Of a stretch of DNA of 64,000 nt, positions 52,050 through 62,045 are shown one piece after another (position 1 is the stretch's first letter; every line of letters starts with the position of its first letter). The notes below the pieces were generated by a model. That model had not been told where the DNA came from, did no database searches, and worked only from the letters and a program-made list of their open reading frames with translations. Source of the stretch: an uncultured Gemmatimonadales bacterium (GTDB taxonomy: Bacteria; Gemmatimonadota; Gemmatimonadetes; Gemmatimonadales; GWC2-71-9). Location of the stretch: NCBI GenBank assembly GCA_963825055.1, contig CAWGSK010000015.1, forward strand, positions 64,001-128,000, written 5' to 3'. The position numbers and the translations under genes were made by a program.

Positions 52050-52240
52050 GGGCGGTCAAGACGGGGCGGGCAGGGCGGACAGGGCGGACAGGCGGACAGG
52101 CGGACAGGCGGACAGGCGGACAGGCGGACAGGCGGACAGGGCGGACAGGGCGGACAAGGCGGACAAGGCGGACAAGGCGGAACCTCTCCCTACTCCCCAC
52201 TCCCTACTCCCTACTCCCTACTCCCTACTCCCTACTCACT
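52050..52240. repeat. (GGCGGACA[G/A])n array followed by (CTCCCTA)n array
   Basis: About 14 8-9-mer units to 52180, then about 7 heptamers overlapping the stop of the upstream gene. Confidence 0.92.
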
Positions 52241-53434
52241 ACTGGCTGGAACCACCAGCTCCGTCCTCCCCGGTCCCAGCTCGTACTCCAGCGACCAGCC
52301 CAGCAGCTTCGCGATCAGGGCCAGCCTGAAGGTCACGTCCACCTCCCGGCACTCGAGGGTCTTGCGGTCCGGCTCAATGGGGAAGTAGTGGTAGGCGGCA
52401 CGGTTCCCGATCTTCGGCTGCGAGCGCAGGTTCTTGGGGCACCAGATGCCGTGCTCGTCGCAGTCCTTGAGCAGATGCACGAGAACCCTCGTTGCGACGG
52501 GGGCGGTATGCAGTGCCCCGATGCGGGCGAGCAACTCGATGTAGTGCAGGGCGAGCGGGATGTCCTTGGGCTTCCCGCTTCGGTCCGCCTCGATCGGGTC
52601 GCCGAGGAGGAAGTGTACCGGCTTGATCGCCTTGCGGCCGATCTTCACCACGAAGCTCTTCTTCGGGGCGGGCTGGGCGAGGTAGTGCCCGAGCCGGTCC
52701 GTGAACCCGGCGCGCTCGCGCTGGAGGTTGGGCATTGCCGCGATCATTGCGACCGAGTACCAGGTCGGCGGATGCGCCTCGGGGTCCAGCACGGTCTGCT
52801 TGCCCATCTTGATGAAGGGCTTCTCCGCCAGCGGGCTCCGGAGGAACTGCGAAACCCCGTTGGCGATCTTGTGCGCCGATCCCCGTACCCGGGGGTCCCC
52901 GTTGTGGCCCGCCTCGGCGAGGGCCGCGGTGGCTCCCTCGCGCAGGAAGCCGCGTGCCCACTCCTCGCTGGCCGGCTCGCGCTTCACCATCTTTCCGTAC
53001 TCGAACAGCAGGCTCAAGTCCGGATCGCGGCTCAGGACCCGGAACAGCAGGCGGTCGCCGAGTTTGAACGGGCGCCCCGTGCTGGGGTAACCAAGCTGGA
53101 CCAGGCGGCGGTACTGCGGAATGGTGCCGATGTCACGGATTCCCTGCGCGGCGGCGGGGGCCAGGCCGAGCATGTTGCCGGACCAGACCCCGCTGTCCTT
53201 CTGTTTCTTGACTATCGCGGTGGCAAGGGGGGATGCCTCGACGGCCTCATGGGTCCGGGCCAGATCCTCAGCGCGAACCGTCCCTTCCGGGGCAAGATCT
53301 GCCAGCGTCCGATACCGGATCGGCGCACCACCGACCTCCATCAGCCAGTACAGCGGGATCCGGTGCGAATTCGGCAGTTCCAGAATGGTCTCCCGGATGG
53401 GTTTGCGACGTGCAAACGGCCGAAAACTTACCAC
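52232..53434 (-). CDS. Hypothetical protein, alpha/alpha-toroid (prenyltransferase/squalene-cyclase repeat-like) suspected
   Basis: QW-like motifs KQKDSGVW and DCDEHGIW; predominantly helical; host-like codons. Confidence 0.6.
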   Translation of the reverse strand: MVSFRPFARRKPIRETILELPNSHRIPLYWLMEVGGAPIRYRTLADLAPEGTVRAEDLARTHEAVEASPLATAIVKKQKDSGVWSGNMLGLAPAAAQGIRDIGTIPQYRRLVQLGYPSTGRPFKLGDRLLFRVLSRDPDLSLLFEYGKMVKREPASEEWARGFLREGATAALAEAGHNGDPRVRGSAHKIANGVSQFLRSPLAEKPFIKMGKQTVLDPEAHPPTWYSVAMIAAMPNLQRERAGFTDRLGHYLAQPAPKKSFVVKIGRKAIKPVHFLLGDPIEADRSGKPKDIPLALHYIELLARIGALHTAPVATRVLVHLLKDCDEHGIWCPKNLRSQPKIGNRAAYHYFPIEPDRKTLECREVDVTFRLALIAKLLGWSLEYELGPGRTELVVPASSE

Positions 53435-53663
53435 CCCGAACCGGAACTGGCCAGTAGCGAAGGGGAGGGGTTTCCGTGGGGTGTCTAAGAAGATAACACC
53501 GCCGCGGCGCGCCCGGCCGGGGATTCCGATACGGGTGTTGCTTGCGGGAAGTCCCTACGCCACTTAGCCTAAGGCTTGAACTCCCCAGAATACAGCCAGC
53601 CCCGCATCCTGATGCCCAGCATCATCCGACGCATGGCTTCTACTACTACCAGGGTGGGTTCCT

Positions 53664-56600
53664 GTGCTTGATGTGGGTGCCACCCTCGCCGCGGCTCTCG
53701 AAGACCGCTATACGATCGAGCAGGAGCTCGGGCGTGGCGGGATGGCGTTCGTCTACCTGGCCCACGACGTGAAGCACGGCCGGCCCGTCGCGATCAAGGT
53801 ACTCCGACCGGAGATCGCCACCTCGATCGGGGCGGAACGGTTTCTCCGCGAGATCGAAACGGTCGCCAGCCTCACCCATCCTTATATCCTGCCATTGCAC
53901 GACTCGGGTCAAGCCGGCGGGCTTCTCTACTACGTCATGCCCTACGTGGCGGGTGAGACGCTGCGGGCCCGGCTGCAGCGCGAGGGGCAACTCGGCGTCG
54001 AGGACGCCCTTTCCATTGCGCGGCAGGTGGGTGCCGCCCTCGCCCACGCCCATGCTGTCGGCATCGTGCACCGGGACATCAAGCCGGAAAACATCCTCTT
54101 CGAGGGCGGCGTGGCGATCGTCGCCGACTTCGGCATCTCCCGCGCCATATCCTCCGCGGGTTCCGATCGCCTGACCGAGCCAGGCATCACCATCGGGACC
54201 CTGGCCTACGTGAGTCCGGAACAGGCGGCGGGCGACGACCGGGTGGACGGACGGAGCGACCAGTATGCACTCGCTTGCGTCCTGTACGAAATGCTGGCGG
54301 GAGAGCCGCCGTTCACCGGCGCTACGCCGCAGTCGGTCATCGCGAAGCACCTGCAGGAGCCAGCTCCTTCGGTGCGGGTCCTCCGCTCCACGGTACCCCA
54401 GCAGGTGGCGGACGCGATCCGGACGGCATTGCAGAAGACACCGGCCGATCGCTTCCGGGGAATGCGCGAGTTCACGGACGCACTGGGCCAGATGATCACC
54501 GGACCCTACCCCAGGGGTACGCGTCCGGCGACCCCCCGGCGCTGGGTCTATGCCATTCCGCTGCTTGCGGTGGTGATTCTCCTGGCGGCGCTCATGCCGC
54601 GCTGGCTCTCGCACGGCGCCTTGTCGCAGCGGCAGTATCTCCTCGGCACGGTCGGGGCCGAAGACGTCTCGGACGCGCCTCGCACGACGCGCTGGGAACT
54701 GGCGCTGCAGTCTGCGCTCGTCCAGCTCCCGGACGTGGAGCTCACCGAACCGTACCGGGTCAACGATCACCTGCTGCGCGCGGGAGGCCCTCCCGGCGAG
54801 ATCGGCGGCTGGTTCGATGTCGCGAAGGATCTGAAGGCAGGCCGGTTGCTGGTCTCGCGGTGGCTCGATTCATCATCGGTGGTTCTCGAACTCTACGACG
54901 TCCGCCGCCGCACCACCGTCAGTCAGACCCGGGCTGACGTCTCGCAGGGACTGGATGCCGCGGCCGTGCGGGCCGTGGAGCGGCTCTACCAGCTCCGGCC
55001 CGGACTGCTCGCAATAGGCCCGGGAACCAACGAACCCGCCCGGCGGGCCTTCGTGTCAGGCCACGAGGCGCTCAAGTCCTGGAATCTGCGCGGAGCAAAG
55101 GAGTCATTCGAGGAAGCCGTGGCGCTCGATCCTTCCGACGCCGAGTCGCATTTCTGGCTTGCCACGGTCAAGCTGTGGGCCGGTGATCCGGCGGCGGAGT
55201 GGGCGGCGAGTGCCCGTCGAGCGGGCGTGGCGGTGAAGGAGCTCCGTGACGACCACGAACGCGAGGAGGCGCTCGCACTCCGCGCTATCGCGGAGGGCCG
55301 GTTCCTGGAGGCCTGCCGGCGATACGGCTCGCTCGTGGCGGCGGATTCGCAGAGCTTCAGCGCCTGGCTGGGCCTCGCGGAGTGCACCGCGCGGGACGAT
55401 GGGGTCGTGCCTGATTCCGCCAGCCCCTCGGGCTTCAGTTTCCGCGCCAGCCGGAGCGCGGCAGTCGCCGCCTACGAGCATGCCCTCGAGCAAGTGCCTT
55501 CGTTCTCATTCCAGTTCGGCCCGTTCGAGCGACTCAATTCCGTGCTCGTGGTGGAGCCGGGGCGCCTCAGGCGGGGGACCCTGGTCGGCCCCGAATCCAT
55601 GCTGTTTGCGGCCTACCCGTCGCTGCTGGGTGACACGGTGGCCTACATCCCGTGGCCCTTGGCGCAGATCCTCGCCGGTGAGACCCCGTCCCCTGAGGGC
55701 CAGGACCGTGCGATCGCGATCAACCGGGGTCGCCTGCTGCGTATTGTGCGGAAGTGGGTGCAGGCGTTTCCCGATTCCTCCCGGGCGCATCTTGCCCTGG
55801 CCCGCTCGCTGGAGTTGCAGGGCTGGCTGGATGGAGGGCAGGGAACCGGGCGCTCGGCGCTGGCCGCCGCCGCGACGGCGCGGGCGCTCGCGCGCAATCG
55901 TGCCGACAGCATCGCGACGGCGCAGGTCGAGGCGCGGGTCCTGCTCAAGCTCCAGCGCTTCTCCGAGGCCCGGAAGCTTGCCCTCGGGCTGCTGCGGCAC
56001 TTCCCGCAACCCTCGCCCGCGGAAGCGAACGAACTCGGTGGCCTCGCCGCCCTGGTCGGGAAACCCTCGCTTGCCGCCTCTCTCGGTGCCATTTCCGCCC
56101 GGGTGTACGCCGACAACGACCGCGGTCGTTATGAGCGCGTTGCATTGCCCGTGCTCGAGGGCTGGCAACGGTTCATGGCCTGGGGCGCATTCGGCATGCC
56201 GGCGGACAGCATCTTGGTCGCCTCGGCGAGACTCGACACGCTGCTCCAGGTGTATGAAGCCCCGGAGCGCGTGAAGCGCCTGGCGTGCGACGTCGTCTGG
56301 TATCCGCGCAGCCTGGCGTTCGCAGATCTCCGTGAAACCACGCCTCGCGGACCCTGCTGGGGCGGGAACACACTCCTCGACGTGCAGTGGCGATTCGCGC
56401 ATGGGGATACCGCCGGCACGCGTCAGGCACTGCAGCAGCTGCACGGCCTGCGGACCGGTACGGCGCCGGGAGAGGTCGCGCTGCAGAATGTCTATCAGGA
56501 GGCCTGGCTGCTCCTGCAGATCGGTGACTCGACGGCGGCGGCGGAATATCTCGACCGGAGCCTGGCGGCCCTGCAGGCGCTCCGGACCAGCGTGGTCACC

Positions 56601-56783
56601 GAGGTCCCGCAGGCCGCGAGCCTGGTCCGCGCCATGGCCCTCCGTGCCGAACTCGCCGACCGCACCGGCCAGGATGCCGTGGCCCGGGAGTGGGCGACCC
56701 GCGTCGTGGAGCTATGGGAGGATGGAGATGAATTTGTACGACCCCTGGTTGATCGCATGCGGGGGATCGCCGCACGGGGGTAG
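53664..56783 (+). CDS. Membrane Ser/Thr kinase with extracytoplasmic TPR-like region
   Basis: GRGGMA, VAIK, HRDIKPEN, DFG, GTLAYVSPE; TM WVYAIPLLAVVILLAAL; AVALDPSDAESHFWLA TPR-like repeats. Confidence 0.88.
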   Translation: MLDVGATLAAALEDRYTIEQELGRGGMAFVYLAHDVKHGRPVAIKVLRPEIATSIGAERFLREIETVASLTHPYILPLHDSGQAGGLLYYVMPYVAGETLRARLQREGQLGVEDALSIARQVGAALAHAHAVGIVHRDIKPENILFEGGVAIVADFGISRAISSAGSDRLTEPGITIGTLAYVSPEQAAGDDRVDGRSDQYALACVLYEMLAGEPPFTGATPQSVIAKHLQEPAPSVRVLRSTVPQQVADAIRTALQKTPADRFRGMREFTDALGQMITGPYPRGTRPATPRRWVYAIPLLAVVILLAALMPRWLSHGALSQRQYLLGTVGAEDVSDAPRTTRWELALQSALVQLPDVELTEPYRVNDHLLRAGGPPGEIGGWFDVAKDLKAGRLLVSRWLDSSSVVLELYDVRRRTTVSQTRADVSQGLDAAAVRAVERLYQLRPGLLAIGPGTNEPARRAFVSGHEALKSWNLRGAKESFEEAVALDPSDAESHFWLATVKLWAGDPAAEWAASARRAGVAVKELRDDHEREEALALRAIAEGRFLEACRRYGSLVAADSQSFSAWLGLAECTARDDGVVPDSASPSGFSFRASRSAAVAAYEHALEQVPSFSFQFGPFERLNSVLVVEPGRLRRGTLVGPESMLFAAYPSLLGDTVAYIPWPLAQILAGETPSPEGQDRAIAINRGRLLRIVRKWVQAFPDSSRAHLALARSLELQGWLDGGQGTGRSALAAAATARALARNRADSIATAQVEARVLLKLQRFSEARKLALGLLRHFPQPSPAEANELGGLAALVGKPSLAASLGAISARVYADNDRGRYERVALPVLEGWQRFMAWGAFGMPADSILVASARLDTLLQVYEAPERVKRLACDVVWYPRSLAFADLRETTPRGPCWGGNTLLDVQWRFAHGDTAGTRQALQQLHGLRTGTAPGEVALQNVYQEAWLLLQIGDSTAAAEYLDRSLAALQALRTSVVTEVPQAASLVRAMALRAELADRTGQDAVAREWATRVVELWEDGDEFVRPLVDRMRGIAARG

Positions 56784-56811
56784 GGACTGCCCGCAGGACA
56801 AAGGAGGAAGG

Positions 56812-57417
56812 ATGCGTGGACACGGATGGATGACCGTGGTGGCCGTCGCGCTGTTCGTCGCGGGGTCGCCGGTCGCCGCGCAGGTACCCGGGCCGCCGGC
56901 CGGGGTGAAGAGCTGTACCGAGACCGGCTCGACCCAGCCACGCCAGGCGCTGCTCGGTTTCGCCAACAGTCTCAAGGTCCGCGACACCACCCACGAGGGC
57001 GGTGCGCACCACGCTAACCTGACGCTCAGCAATCCCCGCCGGATTGGTCCCGAGGCTATCGTCTGGCCGGTGGAGAATATCAACCAGCTGCAGCACCTCT
57101 CGGAGGGTCGGGCAGGCACCGTCGTGGCCAAGGTGTGGATCGATCCCGCGTTCACGGATCCCGAGACCGGCCGGAAGGGCTACGAGCCCCTGAGCCTCCC
57201 ACCGGGCGTGAGCTACATCATGATGTGCGAGAATGGCTCGACCTACTCCGCGCTGATCATCCCGGAGGACGCCAGCGAGCCGCTGCGGACCAAGTCGGTG
57301 AGTTTCTACAAGGTGTCCGAGCAGTACCCCGTCGCCCTCGCGCGGTTCAAGGCGGCGCACAGCGAGACGATCTGTCTCTCCTGCAAGCTGTACGGCTGGT
57401 GCGAAATCGACGACTGA
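56812..57417 (+). CDS. Secreted hypothetical protein with C-terminal CxxC-x5-C
   Basis: AGGAGG RBS, signal peptide (VAA-QV), ends ICLSCKLYGWCEIDD. Confidence 0.7.
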   Translation: MRGHGWMTVVAVALFVAGSPVAAQVPGPPAGVKSCTETGSTQPRQALLGFANSLKVRDTTHEGGAHHANLTLSNPRRIGPEAIVWPVENINQLQHLSEGRAGTVVAKVWIDPAFTDPETGRKGYEPLSLPPGVSYIMMCENGSTYSALIIPEDASEPLRTKSVSFYKVSEQYPVALARFKAAHSETICLSCKLYGWCEIDD

Positions 57418-57649
57418 TCGCATGACCTGAAACCGTGTGGAAGGGGCCGTGGAGCGATCCGCGGCCCTGTGCTTCTCTGGCCTCCTGCCTCACAGCCGTC
57501 TAAATGCCTGTGAAAACTGGACATACGGGCATCGTCCAGGGGCATTCCACGAATCCTGGACATTCCAAAGTGAAACCTCCAGCCAGTTACGCGCGTCCCG
57601 ACTCATGTCGAAACATCCCCAACGCGGCGTCCCCCGACAGGAGTTCCAG

Positions 57650-58762
57650 ATGAGACGTTCCCTCGCCACCGCGGCTTTGTGCTCGGCTGCCGCGCTCGCC
57701 TGTGGCCGGGGCAGCGCTAGTGAAAAGGGAGACGCGCTTCCCTACCGGACCGGCCTCGTCGAGCGGGGAGACGTCCGGGTCTTCGTGGAGGAAACCGGCG
57801 TCGTGGAGCCGGAACGTCAGATCGTCGTCAAGTCGCCCATCTCCGGAGTGGTTCAGCGACTGGTGGTCCGCGAGGGCGACCGGGTCAGGCCGGGCCAGCT
57901 GCTCGCGCGTATCGTTCCCGACATCGCCCAGGCCAACACATTTGCCCGCCTCCGCTCTGAAATTGCCGGGGGCCGCATCGCGCGGGAGAACGCCCGTATC
58001 GAATACGAGCGGGCCAAGGCCCTGATGGAGACCCATGGCATCACCCAGGCCGAACTCGACCAGAAGCAAACCGCCTTCGAGCAGGCCGCAAATACCCTGA
58101 GCGCCGCCGAGGACCAGTTGCGGCTCGTACAGCAGAGCGGAGTCATCGCGGGAGACTCCGCGCAGTGGGCCCGGATCACGTCTCCTGCCGCCGGCGTGAT
58201 CATCCTCCGTGGTGTGGAGGAGGGGGAGACGGTGGTCGGCGGGACCAGCGCCTTTGGCGGAGGAACGGAGCTGTTTACCATCGCCGATCTTTCGGCGCTC
58301 CGCGTCAAGGCGGCCATTAACGAGGTTGACATCGCCAAAGTTGCGAAGGGCGACAGCGTTTCCATCACAGTTGATGCCTTCGCGGGCGACACCGTGCTGG
58401 GACTGGTCCGGCTGGTGCCCCCGGCAGCCCGGCTCAATGACCGGGTCCGCGTGTTCGACGTGGAAATCGGCGTGGGTGACGGTGCGGGCGTACTGCGTCC
58501 CGGCATGACGGCGAATGTACGGATCTCCGGCCCCACCCGGACTGACGTCGTCCGTGTACCGGTGGAGGCCGTCTTCCTCTCCGAGGGCAACCCGGTCGTC
58601 TACAGGGTGAGCGGTGGCCAGCACCAGAGCACGCCGGTGCAACTCGGGCTGGGTGACCTCTCCTGGGTGGAGATTCTGGGTGGGGTGAGCCCGGGTGATA
58701 CCGTGGCCCTCGAGGACCCGGTCGCGGCCATCGAGCGGGCGAACCGTCCCGGCGCCCGGTAA
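57650..58762 (+). CDS. MacA-like periplasmic adaptor (membrane fusion protein)
   Basis: Lipobox ALAC; VKSPISG, VREGDRV…GQLL, ITSPAAG, LRPGMTA. Confidence 0.9.
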   Translation: MRRSLATAALCSAAALACGRGSASEKGDALPYRTGLVERGDVRVFVEETGVVEPERQIVVKSPISGVVQRLVVREGDRVRPGQLLARIVPDIAQANTFARLRSEIAGGRIARENARIEYERAKALMETHGITQAELDQKQTAFEQAANTLSAAEDQLRLVQQSGVIAGDSAQWARITSPAAGVIILRGVEEGETVVGGTSAFGGGTELFTIADLSALRVKAAINEVDIAKVAKGDSVSITVDAFAGDTVLGLVRLVPPAARLNDRVRVFDVEIGVGDGAGVLRPGMTANVRISGPTRTDVVRVPVEAVFLSEGNPVVYRVSGGQHQSTPVQLGLGDLSWVEILGGVSPGDTVALEDPVAAIERANRPGAR

Positions 58763-59433
58763 TGGCACCGCTGATCTCGGCCCGGGGCCTCACCAGGACC
58801 TACCGGCTTGGGAAGGTGGACGTGCACGCCCTCCGCGGGGTCGATCTCGACGTGGATGCCGGGGAGTTCGTGGCGATCGTCGGGCCTTCCGGTTCGGGCA
58901 AGAGTACCCTAATGCACATCCTCGGCTGTCTCGACACACCCACCGGAGGGACGTATCGTCTCGACGACGAGGAAGTCGGTACGCTCCGGGGAAAGCGGCT
59001 GGCGCGGATCCGGAACGAGAAGGTCGGCTTTGTCTTCCAGACCTTCAACCTGATGCCCCGTCTTTCGGTCGAGGAAAACGTCGCGCTCCCGCTCAAGTAT
59101 CGTGGCGGGCTCTCCCGGGCCGAGCGGCGCCGTCGCGCGCTCGCGCGGCTGGAACGGCTCGGCCTCTCTCACCGGATCGGACACCGCCCGGATGAACTCT
59201 CCGGCGGCGAGCGCCAGCGCGTGGCCATCGCCCGCGCGCTGGTCGGGGAACCGGCCATCCTCATGGCGGACGAGCCCACCGGGAACCTCGATTCCCGTTC
59301 CGGGGGCGAGGTGCTGGAGACCTTCAGGGAACTGCATGCCGACGGACACACGATCATTCTGGTGACCCACGATCCGAATGTGGCCGCGCAGGCTGAACGG
59401 ACCGTGAACGTGGCCGACGGGCAGCTGGCATGA
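58762..59433 (+). CDS. MacB/LolD-type ABC ATP-binding protein
   Basis: GPSGSGKST, GFVFQTFNL, LSGGERQRVAIAR, ADEPTGNLD. Confidence 0.95.
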   Translation: MAPLISARGLTRTYRLGKVDVHALRGVDLDVDAGEFVAIVGPSGSGKSTLMHILGCLDTPTGGTYRLDDEEVGTLRGKRLARIRNEKVGFVFQTFNLMPRLSVEENVALPLKYRGGLSRAERRRRALARLERLGLSHRIGHRPDELSGGERQRVAIARALVGEPAILMADEPTGNLDSRSGGEVLETFRELHADGHTIILVTHDPNVAAQAERTVNVADGQLA

Positions 59434-60656
59434 ACGCCTTCGAGTCGATGCTGACGGGCCTGGACGAGGCCCGTCGCCACTGGGGCCAGACCACCCTGGC
59501 GCTCCTCGGCATCGTGCTCGGGACCTGCAGCATCGTCACGGTGCTGGCCCTCTTCGGCGGGCAGGCAGCGTTGACCCAGCAGTACCTCGACGAGGTCGGG
59601 GGGGCCGGTACCCTGATTCTCTCGAACCGGGATATGGCCCTTCAGCCCAGCGCGCGGGCGCTTGCCTCCGAGCGGCTGACCTACCGCGACGCGGAATTTC
59701 TCAAGGACCGGGCGACTGCCCTCGCCGCCGTCAGTCCCGGCTGGTCCTCCGAGCTCTTGTACTCGGCGGATGACAGGAGCTTCTCCGGCGACGTGATCGG
59801 GACCGTGCCGGACTACGCCGTTATCAATGACATCCGACCGCTCGTCGGCCGCTACCTGACGGACATGGACGTGGAGTACCGGGCGCGTGTGGTGGTGATG
59901 GGCTGGAAGTTTGCCGACTCCCTTTTCGGGAAGGCCCCGGCCGCGCTTGGCCGGATTGTCGCGCTGAATGGGACGCGATACACGGTGGTGGGGGTAATGG
60001 AACGGGAGGAGTTCAGGTTTGCCTCATGGGAAGGCAACGCGCTCGAATATCGCAATGAGCGGGCGTACATCCCGATCAGTACCGCCGTGGCAGGTCACAC
60101 GGGCGATGACCGCCTGAGCTTCCTCACGCTCCAGGCGCGGCCGGATGTCTCCGTCCGGACGGCGGAGAACCAGGTGCGGAGCCTGCTCTATGCGCGGCAC
60201 GGCGTGGAGGACTTCGACATCCGGCCGAGCGGAGCAGGGGCGGGGGAGAGCAGCGGGCAGTTCCTGCTGCTCTTCAATTTCATCTTCCTCGTCGTGGGCG
60301 TGGTGTCCCTGTTCACCGGCGGCATCGTGATCGCGAACATCCTGCTGGCCTCGGTCGTGGAGCGGGTGCGGGAGTTCGGCACGCGCATGGCGCTCGGCGC
60401 CACGACCGGCGGGATCTTCGCGCACGTCCTGTCCGAGGCGATGGTGGTGACGGTGATGGGGGGCTTCCTGGGCCTTGGCCTCGGGGCTGCCCTGACAGGC
60501 CTGGTGGGACATCTCATGAAGATGCCTGCGGTCGTGAGCCCGTCGATCGCCATGCTCTCGGTTGGTACCTCGGTCGTCGTCGGCCTCGTGGCGGGCGCCT
60601 ATCCGGCCGTCCGGGCCTCCCGTCTCTCCCCGGTGGAGGCCCTGCGATATGGCTGA
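59430..60656 (+). CDS. MacB/FtsX-family ABC permease 1
   Basis: LALLGIVLG, large periplasmic domain, VVERVREFGTRMALGA, PVEALRY. Confidence 0.92.
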   Translation: MNAFESMLTGLDEARRHWGQTTLALLGIVLGTCSIVTVLALFGGQAALTQQYLDEVGGAGTLILSNRDMALQPSARALASERLTYRDAEFLKDRATALAAVSPGWSSELLYSADDRSFSGDVIGTVPDYAVINDIRPLVGRYLTDMDVEYRARVVVMGWKFADSLFGKAPAALGRIVALNGTRYTVVGVMEREEFRFASWEGNALEYRNERAYIPISTAVAGHTGDDRLSFLTLQARPDVSVRTAENQVRSLLYARHGVEDFDIRPSGAGAGESSGQFLLLFNFIFLVVGVVSLFTGGIVIANILLASVVERVREFGTRMALGATTGGIFAHVLSEAMVVTVMGGFLGLGLGAALTGLVGHLMKMPAVVSPSIAMLSVGTSVVVGLVAGAYPAVRASRLSPVEALRYG

Positions 60657-61917
60657 CCTCCGGTCCGGCCTGACCGAGGCCTGGGAGCTCGTGACGGATG
60701 CCTTCCTCGAGATTCGCACGCACAAGCTCCGCTCGCTGCTGACCCTGTCCGGGATCATCTTCGGAGCGGCTTCCCTGGTATCCATGACGTCCCTGGCCCG
60801 GGCCATGAAGGACATGGCCTACCGGGACCTCGAGTCGATTGCGTTCCCGAATTCCTTCACCGCATCGGACCGCGGACCACGGTCTGATGCGCGACGCGCC
60901 ATCGACCTGCAGCACCCGGGCCTCCGCCTGGCCGATGCCGGGGCCCTGTGGGATATACCAGGCGTCGTCAGTGTGCATCCGCGTAACTACGGCGGGGAAT
61001 ACATCGTCTCCAGCCCCGCGGGACAGCGCAGCCTGCGGGTGGACGGGGTGGACGCGGGCTACATGGAGATGCGGAACTACCGGATTCTGGCTGGCCGGAG
61101 CCTGCGGGCGCTCGATGTCATGAACGCAGCGCCCGTCGCCGTGGTCGGGGAGGAGCTGGTCCATGACATGTTCGGGGCCGTGCCCCCCGTCGGTCGCACG
61201 ATTACCATCGACGGCCGGCGGTTCTTCGTCGTCGGGGTGGTCGCGCCCCAGATCTTCGAGATGGCCCCGATCAACTTCAGCTTCGTGGGCCGCCGGATCT
61301 ACGTCCCGTACAGCTACTTCTCCAGATACTATCAGGAGCAGGGACGGGTGGACGAGTTGCTGGTGACCGCTGCCGGGAGCTCCGACTTCGGCCTCGTGCT
61401 CCGACGGGGAGAAATACTGCTCCGGCAGCGACACCGTGGGGTCACGGACTTCGAGATCGACAATGAGGCAGCCGACCTGCTGAGCGACCTGGCGATGGCG
61501 GACAGCATCCTCGGGGGCTGGAACGGGGTCATGTTCGCCATCGCGGGGATCACCCTCGTCGTGGGCGGGATCGGCCTGTTCAGCGTCCTGCTGATCTCGG
61601 TCCGCGAGCGGGTGCGGGAGATCGGCATCCGGAAGGCGCTGGGGGCGGACGATGGGGACATCCGGCGGCTCTTCCTCGCCGAATCCCTGACCCTGTCGGC
61701 CATGGGCGCGCTGGTGGGGGTTGCCGCCGGGGCTGGGCTCATTCTCGTCACGGAGGCCATCGGACGGGCGTTCGGCAAGAACTTCGTTATCGACATCTAC
61801 CTGCCGGGCGCGCTGATGGCCATCGGGTTTTCGATCGTGGTGGGACTGGTATTCGGCTGGTACCCGGCGCGAAGGGCCGCCAGGCTCGATCCGATCCAGG
61901 CGATCGGCGGGGCCTGA
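60649..61917 (+). CDS. MacB/FtsX-family ABC permease 2
   Basis: HKLRSLLTLSGI, VRERVREIGIRKALGA, YPARRAARLDPI. Confidence 0.92.
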   Translation: MADLRSGLTEAWELVTDAFLEIRTHKLRSLLTLSGIIFGAASLVSMTSLARAMKDMAYRDLESIAFPNSFTASDRGPRSDARRAIDLQHPGLRLADAGALWDIPGVVSVHPRNYGGEYIVSSPAGQRSLRVDGVDAGYMEMRNYRILAGRSLRALDVMNAAPVAVVGEELVHDMFGAVPPVGRTITIDGRRFFVVGVVAPQIFEMAPINFSFVGRRIYVPYSYFSRYYQEQGRVDELLVTAAGSSDFGLVLRRGEILLRQRHRGVTDFEIDNEAADLLSDLAMADSILGGWNGVMFAIAGITLVVGGIGLFSVLLISVRERVREIGIRKALGADDGDIRRLFLAESLTLSAMGALVGVAAGAGLILVTEAIGRAFGKNFVIDIYLPGALMAIGFSIVVGLVFGWYPARRAARLDPIQAIGGA

Positions 61918-62045
61918 GGACCGTCCGGCCGGCGGGCCAGGCGTGATACCAGTCACACATGCGGCGCGTCACAGACAGGGGAGGGCGGGGTCCGGAGATT
62001 GGTCATGATGATTCCATGTACCCGACCCCTGACTCCGAGGTGACC

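Noticed and set aside
52050..52240. Possible CRISPR array
   Set aside because: Units are 7-9 nt and contiguous, with no unique spacers and no cas genes; the same applies to all other arrays.
53435..53663. Possible ncRNA or riboswitch in the divergent gap (also 37473-37635)
   Set aside because: No recognisable tRNA, SRP, tmRNA or riboswitch consensus by eye; would need an Rfam scan.
57370..57417. c-type cytochrome motif in the 56812 protein
   Set aside because: Sequence is CLSCK, not CxxCH; CxxCK heme sites need dedicated machinery not seen here.
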